Shown one piece after another: positions 19,966 to 29,669 of a stretch of 64,000 nt of DNA; position 1 is the first letter of the stretch, and each line of letters starts with the position of its first letter. Source of the stretch: an uncultured Spirochaetota bacterium (GTDB lineage: Bacteria; Spirochaetota; Spirochaetia; SZUA-6; CAVTHK01); assembly GCA_963734495.1 (NCBI GenBank), contig CAVTHK010000005.1, positions 165,913 to 229,912 of the forward strand, in the 5' to 3' direction. The notes under the pieces were generated by a model. It had not been told where the DNA came from and made no database searches. It worked only from the letters and a program-made list of their open reading frames with translations. Both the position numbers and the translations under genes were made by a program.

Positions 19966-22063
19966 ACGTGAGCCTCAGCACGAGCCGGTGATCGACGACA
20001 AAGTAGTGCCCGGGCACAACGGGGACCCGGTTGTTGAGATTGAGCCGATACTCGAGCAGGAGGTACCTGAAGAGGCTCAGGTCGAAGATGTTCTCCCAGT
20101 CCAGCGAGACCTGGCTGCCTCGCTCGAAGGGGAACAGCACCTCCGAAGACAGCGTGTACGTCAGGCCGAACGGCAGGTTCACCGTGCCCAGCGCGGAAAC
20201 CTCGATCCCGGTCTGGTACTGCGAGGGAACCTCCTCGTACACCTGGAAGACGTCGGGTCCAACCGTTTCCGTGCCCGTAACCGTGTACACGTCACCGTTG
20301 AAGTCCTGGCGGAGGCCCAGGCCCGCGCGCACGCTGAGCTCGGCGCGGGAGAGGTTGATCACACGGAAGTTCAGCCCCGCGCCTTCCTGAAGGATCAGCG
20401 GGAGAAAGCTCGGCTTGACCTGCGTCTGGAGCACGTTCGTTTCGCTCGACAGGAGCGTCCCGTCCGTCGCGCGCTTGTGCACGTTCTGCGCGGTCGCGAA
20501 GTAGACGTATTCCGGGAAGAAATGGGTCGCGACGTCGAAGCGGCTGTAGAGCCCCACGTCCTTGAGAAAGAAATAGATGAGCGTGTTGTTGAGGATGAGG
20601 TCGTCGGAAGAGATGCGGAAGTCGGTGTCCGGCGATTTGGTGACGCCCGTATCGAGGAGCATCCGCATGGTGTACAGCAGCGGCGAAAGGTCGACGACCA
20701 GGCGCGTGTCGACCTCGCCGGTGACCGTCGTCTGCGTCTCGAAGCTCTGGGGATCGATCTCGTTGCTGCTCGAGAAATCCGTCGTGCCGGAAATGGTCGA
20801 GGTCACGCGCACGGGCTGCTTGGCCTGCCCGCCCGGCCCTTCTTCGAGGACGCCGGCGCCCACGAGGTCGGTCGGGTTCCCGGTCTGGTCGACGCCCACC
20901 ACGATCGTGAGGCGTTTCGTGTCGCCCGCGCCGAGGGTGAGGGTGGTAAAGTCTTTGTAGGTGACGAACGGCTGGTTCCTGATCGTGATCTTCCACAAGC
21001 CGGGGTGCAGGATCCAGGCCCGGCTCTGCTCGCCGAGCGTCTCGTTGGCGGAGATATCGGTTCCGTAACTGTCTCCCGTCGCGGCGTCGAAGACCTCGTA
21101 GCCGATCTTCACGAAATCCCGGTCCTCCGTGACGATGGAAACGGTGAGCGCTCCCCAGGTCGGTTCGATGACGCGCTTGTAGCGGGGGACGACCAGCACG
21201 TTGCTGATCTCCTGGAGCTGATTCTCGCGCCCCGAGCCGTACTCGATGCGGTAGCGGCCCTCAGGCAGGACCACCGGCACTCCCATCTTCGCCGAGGCCA
21301 CCTCGGTGCGCGACGGCCCGAACACGTGGTAAAAGGGTTCCTGCTCGGTGCCCGTGAGGGCCGGCATCAGGATCACGCCCGCGTTCGGGCTCTCCCCGGT
21401 GAGCGGCTCCAGCCGCCCCTCGGTAGGCGCGGGGAAAAGCTCGCTCCGCTGCCCCGTCTGCAGATAGAGAACGATCTTCGAGATGAAGCGGTCGGTCTCC
21501 TCGAGCAGCATGTCGTTGGCGGCGATCACGAACGACTCCACGCTGGAGTCCGCAAGCGCCTGCTCGCGCGCGACCCTGTGGTGGACGGGGCTGTCGCCCG
21601 AGGAGCGGGCGGTCAGGACAAAGTCCATCTCCAGGTGCGCCTGCCCCTTCGTGTCGACGCGCACCAGCTCGAAGGCGTCGACGTTCGTCGCGACTTCGAA
21701 GTCCACGCTCTCCGTGGAGTATTCCCGCCTGACCTCTGAGAACACGCGGTAGCGCTGCAGCCTCGTCGCCACGAGGTCGGCGATCTTCGGCGGGAGGCTG
21801 ACTCCCCAGAGATCGGTCGTGGAGTAGGAGAAGCGCGGCCCGATGTCCCGCACCACGATCTGCTTCCGGTCGTAGGTGCGCGAGATGCGGGTGTCGGTCA
21901 CCTGCGCCGTCGAAGGAAACGGCTGCTGGCGGATCATGTCGCTGTTCTCGAGCTGCGGGTAGTACTCGAGCATGTAGTAATTGGTCGAGGGAATCACCTG
22001 ACTGACGCAGCCGGCCAGCGCAAGGAGCCCGGCGGCGACCGCGGCGTATCGAAGGTGGCTCAT
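19952..22063 (-). CDS. PqiC-like ABC auxiliary lipoprotein fused to beta-rich domains / predicted outer-membrane beta-barrel
   Basis: Lipobox LALAGC and PqiC-like N-terminus (TNYYML, YDRKQIVVR, YSTTDLWG). The C-terminal approximately 290 aa show alternating amphipathic strands ending RLVLRLTYVVR. Confidence 0.65.
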   Translation of the reverse strand: MSHLRYAAVAAGLLALAGCVSQVIPSTNYYMLEYYPQLENSDMIRQQPFPSTAQVTDTRISRTYDRKQIVVRDIGPRFSYSTTDLWGVSLPPKIADLVATRLQRYRVFSEVRREYSTESVDFEVATNVDAFELVRVDTKGQAHLEMDFVLTARSSGDSPVHHRVAREQALADSSVESFVIAANDMLLEETDRFISKIVLYLQTGQRSELFPAPTEGRLEPLTGESPNAGVILMPALTGTEQEPFYHVFGPSRTEVASAKMGVPVVLPEGRYRIEYGSGRENQLQEISNVLVVPRYKRVIEPTWGALTVSIVTEDRDFVKIGYEVFDAATGDSYGTDISANETLGEQSRAWILHPGLWKITIRNQPFVTYKDFTTLTLGAGDTKRLTIVVGVDQTGNPTDLVGAGVLEEGPGGQAKQPVRVTSTISGTTDFSSSNEIDPQSFETQTTVTGEVDTRLVVDLSPLLYTMRMLLDTGVTKSPDTDFRISSDDLILNNTLIYFFLKDVGLYSRFDVATHFFPEYVYFATAQNVHKRATDGTLLSSETNVLQTQVKPSFLPLILQEGAGLNFRVINLSRAELSVRAGLGLRQDFNGDVYTVTGTETVGPDVFQVYEEVPSQYQTGIEVSALGTVNLPFGLTYTLSSEVLFPFERGSQVSLDWENIFDLSLFRYLLLEYRLNLNNRVPVVPGHYFVVDHRLVLRLTYVVR

Positions 22064-22944
22064 GGCTGCTCCCGGCCCCTCTGGCGGAGCAGCAGAGACG
22101 GATTCTCGCTGATGAGCAGCGCGAAGTCGCTCAGGGATTGCACCGTCTCGCGCAGCGCCGACACGGTGTCGACCAGGTCCCGGCGCGTGCGCAGCACCGT
22201 CACGTCTATGTTCGCGATCGCGTCGCGCGCCTGCGTGATCGTCCGGTTGAGGTTCGTGCTGACGTCCGCCACGTCGGCATCCGTGACCGTGCGGTCCACG
22301 TGCCCGATCAACTGGTTGAAAGAGCCCATCGCGGCTCTCAAGCTCGTGGTGGTCGCCGCGAGGTCCGCGATGAGACCCGCGAGCGGTTCCCGGCTCTCGG
22401 CGACGAACGAGTCGACGTTGCGGACGATGTTGTTGAAGTGCGCCTGGTTCTCCGCGCTCATCAGCTGGGAGATATTGCCCAGAATCGTGTCGAGCTTGGT
22501 CGCGATCGTCTCCGCCGGGGCCAGGATCCTTTCCAGGACCGACTGGCCGCCCTCGATGGTAAAGCCGGGAGGCGCGGGCGGCGTATCGTTGCTGCCGCCG
22601 CTCAGCTCGATCTGCATGAGCCCCGTGATCCCCACCGGGATGAGCATCGCCTTAACGTCGGTGCGCACGGGCGTCCCTTCGCGCACGCTGATGGAAACCA
22701 GGACGGTCCGGATGTCCGTCGTCGAGAAGCGGATGTCCTCGACGGTCCCCACGTCGACCCCCTGGTAGCGGACCGTCCCCCCGATCTGCAGTCCGCTGAT
22801 CGAGGTGCCCCGATAGGCGACGACGTACGGCGTGCGCCGCTCGAGGAGCCTGCGGCCGCCGACGATGCCGAGAAAGGCCGCAAGGAGGGCCACAATGACG
22901 ATCAGAAAGACCGCAAGCCTGACTCGCTGTCCCCGGGTTATCAT
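22060..22944 (-). CDS. mlaD: MCE/MlaD-family protein with long helical C-terminus
   Basis: N-terminal TM, SISGLQIGGTVRYQGVDVGTV, GITGLMQIELSGG, C-terminal ENPSLLLR. Confidence 0.9.
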   Translation of the reverse strand: MITRGQRVRLAVFLIVIVALLAAFLGIVGGRRLLERRTPYVVAYRGTSISGLQIGGTVRYQGVDVGTVEDIRFSTTDIRTVLVSISVREGTPVRTDVKAMLIPVGITGLMQIELSGGSNDTPPAPPGFTIEGGQSVLERILAPAETIATKLDTILGNISQLMSAENQAHFNNIVRNVDSFVAESREPLAGLIADLAATTTSLRAAMGSFNQLIGHVDRTVTDADVADVSTNLNRTITQARDAIANIDVTVLRTRRDLVDTVSALRETVQSLSDFALLISENPSLLLRQRGREQP

Positions 22945-23186
22945 TGCGACCCATTATACGCCATGCGGGGCCTCCTTTGCGGCACCTTTGTGCCGTTTTG
23001 CGTGCCTTTCCGCGCGGCGCTTTCAGAGCGCCTAACGGCGCTCCGCGGGCCGGGCAACAGCTTTCAAGGGACCTCGCGCCGGCTCGCCCGCCCCCTGCCG
23101 CGCCCGCGCGCGCCCGGCGCGGCCTGCTTGCGCGGCCCTCACTTGCCTTGACGCGTTTGCAGAGCCCATATTACGCTCGATCGACC

Positions 23187-24740
23187 ATGGGTCCTCTGCT
23201 GGCCGGAAGGCTCACTCATATCCTCCTTCTCCTCGCGGCGACGGGCGCCGCGTTCGCCCTGGGATGGGCGATCAAGTGGGCGTCCGCGCACATCGCCCTC
23301 GCGTCGTCCCGCGCCACTGCTGACCGCGCCGCGCGCGACGGGGCGCGGGCCACCGACGAGGCGCGCGTCCGCATGACGGAAGAGGGCAAGGCGGACCTCG
23401 CGCTCGAGCGCAAGTCGCTCGAAGAGGAGCTCGGCGAGCTCAAGCGCACCGTCACCGAGCTCGACGAGCAGATGCAGCAGAGGGAGGCCGGCGCCGCCGC
23501 GAGACAGGGCGAGGTCGACCAGGCGCGGCAGGCGCTCGAGGCGCGGGACGCCGCGCTCGACGCACGCGCGGCCGCGACGGCCGATCTGCGGCGCGAGGTC
23601 CACGCGCGGCTCGAGCGCATCTCCGGCACCACCCGCGAGCAGATCAAGGAGCAGATCGTCCAGTCGATCCTCAATGAGGAGCGCCGGGACGCGCAGCACG
23701 TCCTGCAGCGGGCCGAGGCCGAGATGGAGCGGACGGCCGACGTCAAGGCCCGGGAGATCGTCACCGCCGCGATGCAGAGCCTGCCCGTGACCGAGGCGCT
23801 CGACACGGGGCCCGCGGGCCTGGAGACGCCGAGCGCCGACGCGATGATGCGCCTGCTCTCGCGCGAGGGCCGCAACGTGCGCATCCTCGAGCACCTCCTC
23901 GGCGTCGAGATCCTCATCGACGACCCGCGGGAGGGGCTCGCGCTCTCGGCGAACGACCCTGTGGCCCGCGAGCTCGCCAAGGTGACGCTGCACCTGCTGT
24001 TCAAGGAGAACAGGATCCATCCCTCGCTCATCGAGATGACGGTCAAGAAGGCGCGGAGGGAGATCGAGGACAACATGCGCCAGGAGGCGACCAGCGTCCT
24101 GCGCGACCTGGGCATCCGTGACCTCAAGCGCGAAGCGGTGGAGACCGTGGGGCGGCTCCTGTACCGCTACAGCTACGGCCAGAACCAGCTCTACCACTCC
24201 AAGGAGGTGGCGGTCCTCGCCGCTCACCTGGCCCAGGCGCTCGGCTGCGACCCGGCTGTCGCGCGCCGCGCCGGGCTGCTGCACGACATCGGCAAGGCCA
24301 TCACCGAGGACGGGCGCCCGCACACGGAGATCGGGGTGGAGCTCGCGAGGCGCTGGGGCGAGGACGAGCGCGTCGTGAACGCCATCGCCTCGCACCACGA
24401 CGACGTGGAGCAGACCTGCGTCGAGTCGCACCTCGTCAAGATCGCGGACGCCATCTCGGGGTCCAGGCCGGGGGCGAGGCAGGAGACGATCACCAACTAC
24501 CTGGAGCGCGTGGAACGCCTCGAGAAGATCGCGGAGAGCTTCGAGGGAGTCGAAAAGGCGTTCGCGATCTACGCCGGCCGCGAGCTGCGCATCCAGGTCG
24601 ACAGCGAGAAGGTCTCGGACGAGCAGGCGGCGACCCTCGCCTCCGAAGTCGCCCGGCGCGTCGAGAAAGAGCTGACCTATCCGGGCAAGATCACCATCAC
24701 GGTGATCCGCGAGATGAAGGCCAGCGTGTACACGCGGTAG
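23187..24740 (+). CDS. rny: Ribonuclease Y
   Basis: N-terminal TM, coiled coil, KH-like REGRNVR, YRYSYGQN, HD motif LLHDIGK, SGSRPGAR, AGRELRI, YPGKITITVIRE. Confidence 0.9.
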   Translation: MGPLLAGRLTHILLLLAATGAAFALGWAIKWASAHIALASSRATADRAARDGARATDEARVRMTEEGKADLALERKSLEEELGELKRTVTELDEQMQQREAGAAARQGEVDQARQALEARDAALDARAAATADLRREVHARLERISGTTREQIKEQIVQSILNEERRDAQHVLQRAEAEMERTADVKAREIVTAAMQSLPVTEALDTGPAGLETPSADAMMRLLSREGRNVRILEHLLGVEILIDDPREGLALSANDPVARELAKVTLHLLFKENRIHPSLIEMTVKKARREIEDNMRQEATSVLRDLGIRDLKREAVETVGRLLYRYSYGQNQLYHSKEVAVLAAHLAQALGCDPAVARRAGLLHDIGKAITEDGRPHTEIGVELARRWGEDERVVNAIASHHDDVEQTCVESHLVKIADAISGSRPGARQETITNYLERVERLEKIAESFEGVEKAFAIYAGRELRIQVDSEKVSDEQAATLASEVARRVEKELTYPGKITITVIREMKASVYTR

Positions 24741-24802
24741 CTCCGCCGCGGTCCCCCGCGCCCCGGACAGACCGCTGCGCTCCGTCATGAGGTGAAGTCG
24801 CG

Positions 24803-25900
24803 ATGAAGATCCGCGTCGGGGTGCTCTTCGGCGGCAAGAGTGCCGAGCACGAGGTCTCACTCCAGTCGGCGAAGAACGTGATCGACGCGATGGACCCCGC
24901 GAAGTACGAGGTCGTGCTGATCGGGATCGACAAGAGCGGCCGCTGGCACTGGCACGGCGAAGCGCAGAAGCTCCTCGAGCAGGGGCGGCTCGGGAGGCTG
25001 GAGTCCCCGCGGCCTGAGGCGACGCAGGTGGCGCTGCTGCCGGGCAGCGAGCGGACGGAGCTCGTCGACTGGTCGTCGCGCAGGAGCTTCGGCCCCGTGG
25101 ACGTGATCTTCCCCGTGCTCCACGGCCCGTTCGGCGAGGACGGCACGGTCCAGGGCCTGCTCAAGCTCGCGGACATCCCCTTCGTCGGGGCGGGCGTGCT
25201 CGGCTCCGCGGTGGGCATGGACAAGGACGCGATGAAGCGCCTCCTCTCGCAGGCCGGCATCCCGAACGCCCGCGGCATCGTCGCGCGGCAGTCCGAGCTC
25301 CCGGTCGACGCCGCGGCGGTGGCCGCGGAGCTCGGCCTTCCCCTGTTCGTCAAGCCTGCCAACCTCGGCTCGTCTGTCGGGATCACCAAGGTCAAGTCGG
25401 TCGCCGACCTCGCCCCGGCGATCGATCTCGCGCTCCGCTTCGACCGCAAGGTCGTCGTCGAGGAGTACGTGAGCGGCCGGGAGCTGGAGTGCTCGGTGCT
25501 CGGGAACGACGACCCGATCGCCTCGCTTCCCGGCGAGGTGATCCCGAGGGGCGAATGGTACTCCTACGAAGCCAAGTACATCGACGAGAACGGCGCCGCT
25601 CTGCAGATCCCCGCGAGGCTGGACCGCGAGACCGTGGAGCGCGTGCAGCGCATGGCGGTGCAGGCCTTCAAGGCGCTGTGCTGCGAAGGCATGGCGAGGG
25701 TCGACTTCTTCCTGAGGCCCGACGGACGCCTCTACGTGAACGAGATCAACACGATCCCCGGCTTCACGCGCATCAGCATGTACCCCAAGCTGTGGGAAGC
25801 CTCCGGGATCGGCTACGGGGAGCTGGTCGACCGGCTGATCGCGCTGGCGCTCGAGCGCGCGCGGGCGGAGCGCTCGCTCAAGACCTCGTACCGGGAGTAG
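24803..25900 (+). CDS. ddl: D-alanine--D-alanine ligase
   Basis: GGKSAEHEVSLQSA, HGPFGEDGTVQG, KPANLGSSVGI, YSYEAKY, NEINTIPGFT. Confidence 0.97.
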   Translation: MKIRVGVLFGGKSAEHEVSLQSAKNVIDAMDPAKYEVVLIGIDKSGRWHWHGEAQKLLEQGRLGRLESPRPEATQVALLPGSERTELVDWSSRRSFGPVDVIFPVLHGPFGEDGTVQGLLKLADIPFVGAGVLGSAVGMDKDAMKRLLSQAGIPNARGIVARQSELPVDAAAVAAELGLPLFVKPANLGSSVGITKVKSVADLAPAIDLALRFDRKVVVEEYVSGRELECSVLGNDDPIASLPGEVIPRGEWYSYEAKYIDENGAALQIPARLDRETVERVQRMAVQAFKALCCEGMARVDFFLRPDGRLYVNEINTIPGFTRISMYPKLWEASGIGYGELVDRLIALALERARAERSLKTSYRE

Positions 25901-25905
25901 GTGCC

Positions 25906-26628
25906 GTGGCGCGCTCGGTGAAGCTGCAGTTCGGGGCGGGAGCCGCCTTCTGCGAGCTCCCCTCGCCGGTCGCCGGGGTGCGCTGTCTCCTCAGCCTCAA
26001 GCAGGCGGGCAACATGAGCCTCGGCGAGCGGGAGCGCCGCGCCGCCTTCTTCCGGTCGCTCGGCATCGCGCCCGGCAGGGTGCGGGCCGTGCGGCAGGTG
26101 CACTCGCTGCGCGTGCTCGCCGCGGGCCAGATCCCGCCTGGACAGCCGCCCGAAGCGGACGGAATTCTCGCGGCGGACCCCGATGCCGTGCTGACGGTCA
26201 CCGTGGCCGACTGCCTCCCGCTGTTCGTCGTCGACCGCCGCACGGGCGCGCGCGGGCTGCTGCACTCGGGCTGGAAGGGCACGGGGATCGTCGCCGAGGC
26301 GATCCGCAGGATGGCCGCGCTCTACGGCTCGCGGCCCGCGGACTTGAGCGTGCTGATCGGGCCGGGGATCGGCTCGTGCTGCTACGACGTCCCGCGGGAG
26401 CGCTTCGAGCTGTTCCGCGAACGCTTCGGGCTCGGTTCCGCCGAGGAGAGGGGCGGCCGGACGTACCTCGACCTCAGGCGGGCGAACGTCGGGCTGCTCG
26501 CGGATTCGGGGGTCGAAGACGTGACCGTGGCGGCCGATTGCACGGCCTGCACGCCCGAGCTGGCCTCGTACCGGGCCCTGGGCAGCGCCGGCTACATCGG
26601 GATGGTCGCGGTGATGGGATCGTTCTGA
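25906..26628 (+). CDS. pgeF: PgeF/YfiH peptidoglycan-editing factor (purine nucleoside phosphorylase/laccase-like)
   Basis: QVHS, VADCLPL, HSGWKG, IGPGIGSCCY, CTAC. Confidence 0.88.
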   Translation: MARSVKLQFGAGAAFCELPSPVAGVRCLLSLKQAGNMSLGERERRAAFFRSLGIAPGRVRAVRQVHSLRVLAAGQIPPGQPPEADGILAADPDAVLTVTVADCLPLFVVDRRTGARGLLHSGWKGTGIVAEAIRRMAALYGSRPADLSVLIGPGIGSCCYDVPRERFELFRERFGLGSAEERGGRTYLDLRRANVGLLADSGVEDVTVAADCTACTPELASYRALGSAGYIGMVAVMGSF

Positions 26629-26662
26629 ACCGGGCGAGGCGTACCACGCGGGGGCAAAGGTT

Positions 26663-28399
26663 GTGGAGAGCACGAAAGAAACCTGGAAATCGATACTGAA
26701 GGAAACCCTCGGCGAGATGGCCGGCGGCGCCGCGGCCCTGGGCTCGGTCGAGATCGCGGCTGAGACGCCTCCCGACAGCAAGCTGGGCGACATCGGCTTC
26801 CCGATGTTCCCGTTCGCCCGGATCCTGCGCAAGGCGCCGCAGGCGATCGCGGTCGAGGTCGCGGCGCGCCTGGCCGCGCGCGGCATCCCGGGGGCGGCGG
26901 AGGCCGCGGGCCCGTACGTGAACGTGCGCCTGGACCGCGGCGCGGAGTCGTCGCGCGTGCTCGCCGAGGTCGAAGCCGAGGGCGCCGCCTACGGCTCGCG
27001 GTCCGACCTCGCGGGCCAGCGCGTCGTGGTCGAGTTCTCCTGCCCCAACACGAACAAGCCCCTGCACCTCGGACACCTGCGCAACAACGCGCTGGGCACG
27101 AGCGTCTCGCGCATCCTCGAGGCCGCGGGCGCGGAGATGCGGCGCGTCAACCTCATCAACGACCGCGGCATCCACATCTGCAAGTCGATGGCCGCCTACG
27201 AGCGCTTCGGCGAGGGGCGCACGCCAGAGAGCGAGGGCGTCAAGAGCGACCACTTCGTCGGCGACTACTACGTGCGCTACGACGGCTGGTCCAGGGACGA
27301 TCCGGCGGCGGAAGAGCGCGCGAGGGAGATGCTCCGCCTTTGGGAAAAGGGCGACCCGGCGGTCACGGCCCTCTGGAAGCTGATGAACCGCTGGGCGATC
27401 GAGGGGATCGAGGTCACCTACCGAAGGACCGGCGTGTCCTTCGACAAGGTCTACTACGAGAGCGAGACGTACGAGCGCGGCCGCGCGGAGGTGCTCAAGG
27501 GCCTGGAGCGGGGCGTCTTCTACCGCAAGGACGACGGCTCGGTCTGGGTCGACCTCGAGTCCGCGGGACTGGACCAGAAGGTGCTCCTGCGCGGAGACGG
27601 GACCTCGCTCTACGTCACGCAGGACATCGGCACGGCGCTGCTGCGGCACGGGGACTGGCCGTTCGACCGGCTCGTCTACGTCGTCGCGTCAGAGCAGAAC
27701 TATCACTTCCAGGTCCTCTTCAAGGTGCTCGAGATGCTCGGTCACCCGTGGGCGCGGAACCTCTATCACCTGTCCTACGGGATGGTGAACCTGCCCGAGG
27801 GCAAGATGAAGAGCCGGGAGGGCACCGTCGTGGATGCCGACAACCTGCTCGACGAGCTGCGGGAGCTCGCGAAGGCCGAGATCCGCGACAAGGGGCGCGA
27901 AGGGGAGATCGAGGACATCCAAGGGACCGCCGAGGCGATCGCCCTCGGCGCCGTGAACTACTTCCTGGTGCAGTACACCCCCACCACGAACATGGTGTTC
28001 AACCCGGCGGAATCCATCTCGTTCAACGGCAACACGGGCCCGTACCTGCAGTACACGGGTGCCCGCATCTCGAGCCTGATGCGGAAAGCGGCCGGACGAC
28101 CCGCGGGCCGTTTCCGCCAGGAGCTGCTGACCGTGGCCGAGGAGTGGGAGCTGATCAAGGCGGTGTCCGCGATGCCCGAGACCCTGAGCCTGGCGGCCAG
28201 GGATCTCAACCCTTCCGTCCTCGCCGCGTATCTTTTTGAGCTCGCGCGGACCTTCAACAAGTACTACCACGACAATTCCGTGCTCAACAACGAAGACGCC
28301 GACCTGGTGGCCACGCGCCTGCGCGTCTCGGCCGCGGTCGGAGCGGTGCTGAGGCGGGGGCTCTTCCTGCTCGCCGTCCCGTTTCTCGAGCGGATGTGA
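26663..28399 (+). CDS. argS: Arginine--tRNA ligase
   Basis: EFSCPNTNKPLHLGHLRN, DGTSLYVTQD, GKMKSREG, GNTGPYLQY, terminal LERM. Confidence 0.97.
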   Translation: MESTKETWKSILKETLGEMAGGAAALGSVEIAAETPPDSKLGDIGFPMFPFARILRKAPQAIAVEVAARLAARGIPGAAEAAGPYVNVRLDRGAESSRVLAEVEAEGAAYGSRSDLAGQRVVVEFSCPNTNKPLHLGHLRNNALGTSVSRILEAAGAEMRRVNLINDRGIHICKSMAAYERFGEGRTPESEGVKSDHFVGDYYVRYDGWSRDDPAAEERAREMLRLWEKGDPAVTALWKLMNRWAIEGIEVTYRRTGVSFDKVYYESETYERGRAEVLKGLERGVFYRKDDGSVWVDLESAGLDQKVLLRGDGTSLYVTQDIGTALLRHGDWPFDRLVYVVASEQNYHFQVLFKVLEMLGHPWARNLYHLSYGMVNLPEGKMKSREGTVVDADNLLDELRELAKAEIRDKGREGEIEDIQGTAEAIALGAVNYFLVQYTPTTNMVFNPAESISFNGNTGPYLQYTGARISSLMRKAAGRPAGRFRQELLTVAEEWELIKAVSAMPETLSLAARDLNPSVLAAYLFELARTFNKYYHDNSVLNNEDADLVATRLRVSAAVGAVLRRGLFLLAVPFLERM

Positions 28400-28429
28400 C
28401 GCGGTGCGACCGCCCTCTCGCGAGGGCGG

Positions 28430-29668
28430 TCAGCTCAGGCTCGTGACGAGCAGCGCTACGGACAACCCGATCATCACGACGACCGTCGCGACGGTCAGCA
28501 CGTTGGCGAAGCGGCCGTTCACGTAATCGCCCATCAGGGCCCGGTTGTTGACCAGGCGCAGCATGAAGATCAGGACAAACGGGAGCAGCACGCCGTTGGT
28601 GACCTGTGAGAGCAGCATGACGGCGACCAGCTGCACCCCGGGCAGGAGGATCGCGCCCGCGCCGACGACGATGATCGCCGTGTAGAGCACGTAGAACTGC
28701 GGAGCCTCGCGGAAGCTCCGGTTGACACCGAGCTCCCACCCCATGCCCTCGCAGACCGAATAGGCCGTCGACAGAGGCAGGATGCAGGCCGAGAAGACCG
28801 ACGCGTTGAGCAGGCCGAAGGCGAACAGGTAGTAGCAGTAGTCGCCCGCGAGCGGCCTGAGCGCCACGGCCGCATCCCTGGCCGTCTCGATGCGCACGCC
28901 GGCCGCGAACAGCGTGTTGGCGCAGGTGATGACGATAAAGACCGCCACCGCGCTCACGACGATCGCGCCGACGATGACGTCGATCCGCGCGTAGCGGTAG
29001 TACTCGGCCTTGATCCCCTTCTCCACCACCGAAGACTGCTGGTAGAACTGCATCCACGGGGCGATCGTCGTCCCGACGACGCCCACCAGCGTGAACAGCC
29101 AGACGCGGTCGAGGCTGAACGCAGGCCTCGCGACCGCCCGTCCGACCTCCGCCCAGGACGGTCGCGACAGCAGCCCCGAAAGCACGTAGCTCACGTAGAA
29201 AAAGCAGGCGACCAGGAACACCTTTTCGACGGACTTGTAGTTGCCCTTGACGACGATCCCCCACACGAGCAGGGCGGAGACGGGCACGAAGACCCAGCGG
29301 CTCGCGCCGAAGAGATCGGCCGCGGCGGCGATCCCGGCGAACTCCGAGATGGTGTTAAAGAGGTTCGAGAGCACCAGGACGAACATGGCGTAAAAGGTCA
29401 CCCGGACCCCGAACTGCTCCCTGATCAGGTCGGCGAGCCCCTTTCCGGTGGCGATCGCCATGCGGCTGCACATCTCCTGGATGACGACGAGGGCGAAGAA
29501 CACGGGCGCGAACGACCAGAGGAGCGAGTAGCCGAAATGCGCACCCGCCACCGAGTAGGTCGTGATCCCGCCGGCATCGTTGTCCACGTTGGCCGTGATG
29601 ATCCCCGGTCCGACCACCGAGAGAAAGATGAGCATCCGCTGCAGCAGCCCTCTGACCTGCGTCTTCAC
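28430..29668 (-). CDS. NRAMP-family divalent metal transporter
   Basis: GPGIITANVDNDAGGITTYS, QEMCSRM, GTTIAPWMQFY. Confidence 0.9.
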   Translation of the reverse strand: MKTQVRGLLQRMLIFLSVVGPGIITANVDNDAGGITTYSVAGAHFGYSLLWSFAPVFFALVVIQEMCSRMAIATGKGLADLIREQFGVRVTFYAMFVLVLSNLFNTISEFAGIAAAADLFGASRWVFVPVSALLVWGIVVKGNYKSVEKVFLVACFFYVSYVLSGLLSRPSWAEVGRAVARPAFSLDRVWLFTLVGVVGTTIAPWMQFYQQSSVVEKGIKAEYYRYARIDVIVGAIVVSAVAVFIVITCANTLFAAGVRIETARDAAVALRPLAGDYCYYLFAFGLLNASVFSACILPLSTAYSVCEGMGWELGVNRSFREAPQFYVLYTAIIVVGAGAILLPGVQLVAVMLLSQVTNGVLLPFVLIFMLRLVNNRALMGDYVNGRFANVLTVATVVVMIGLSVALLVTSLS

Positions 29669-29669
29669 G

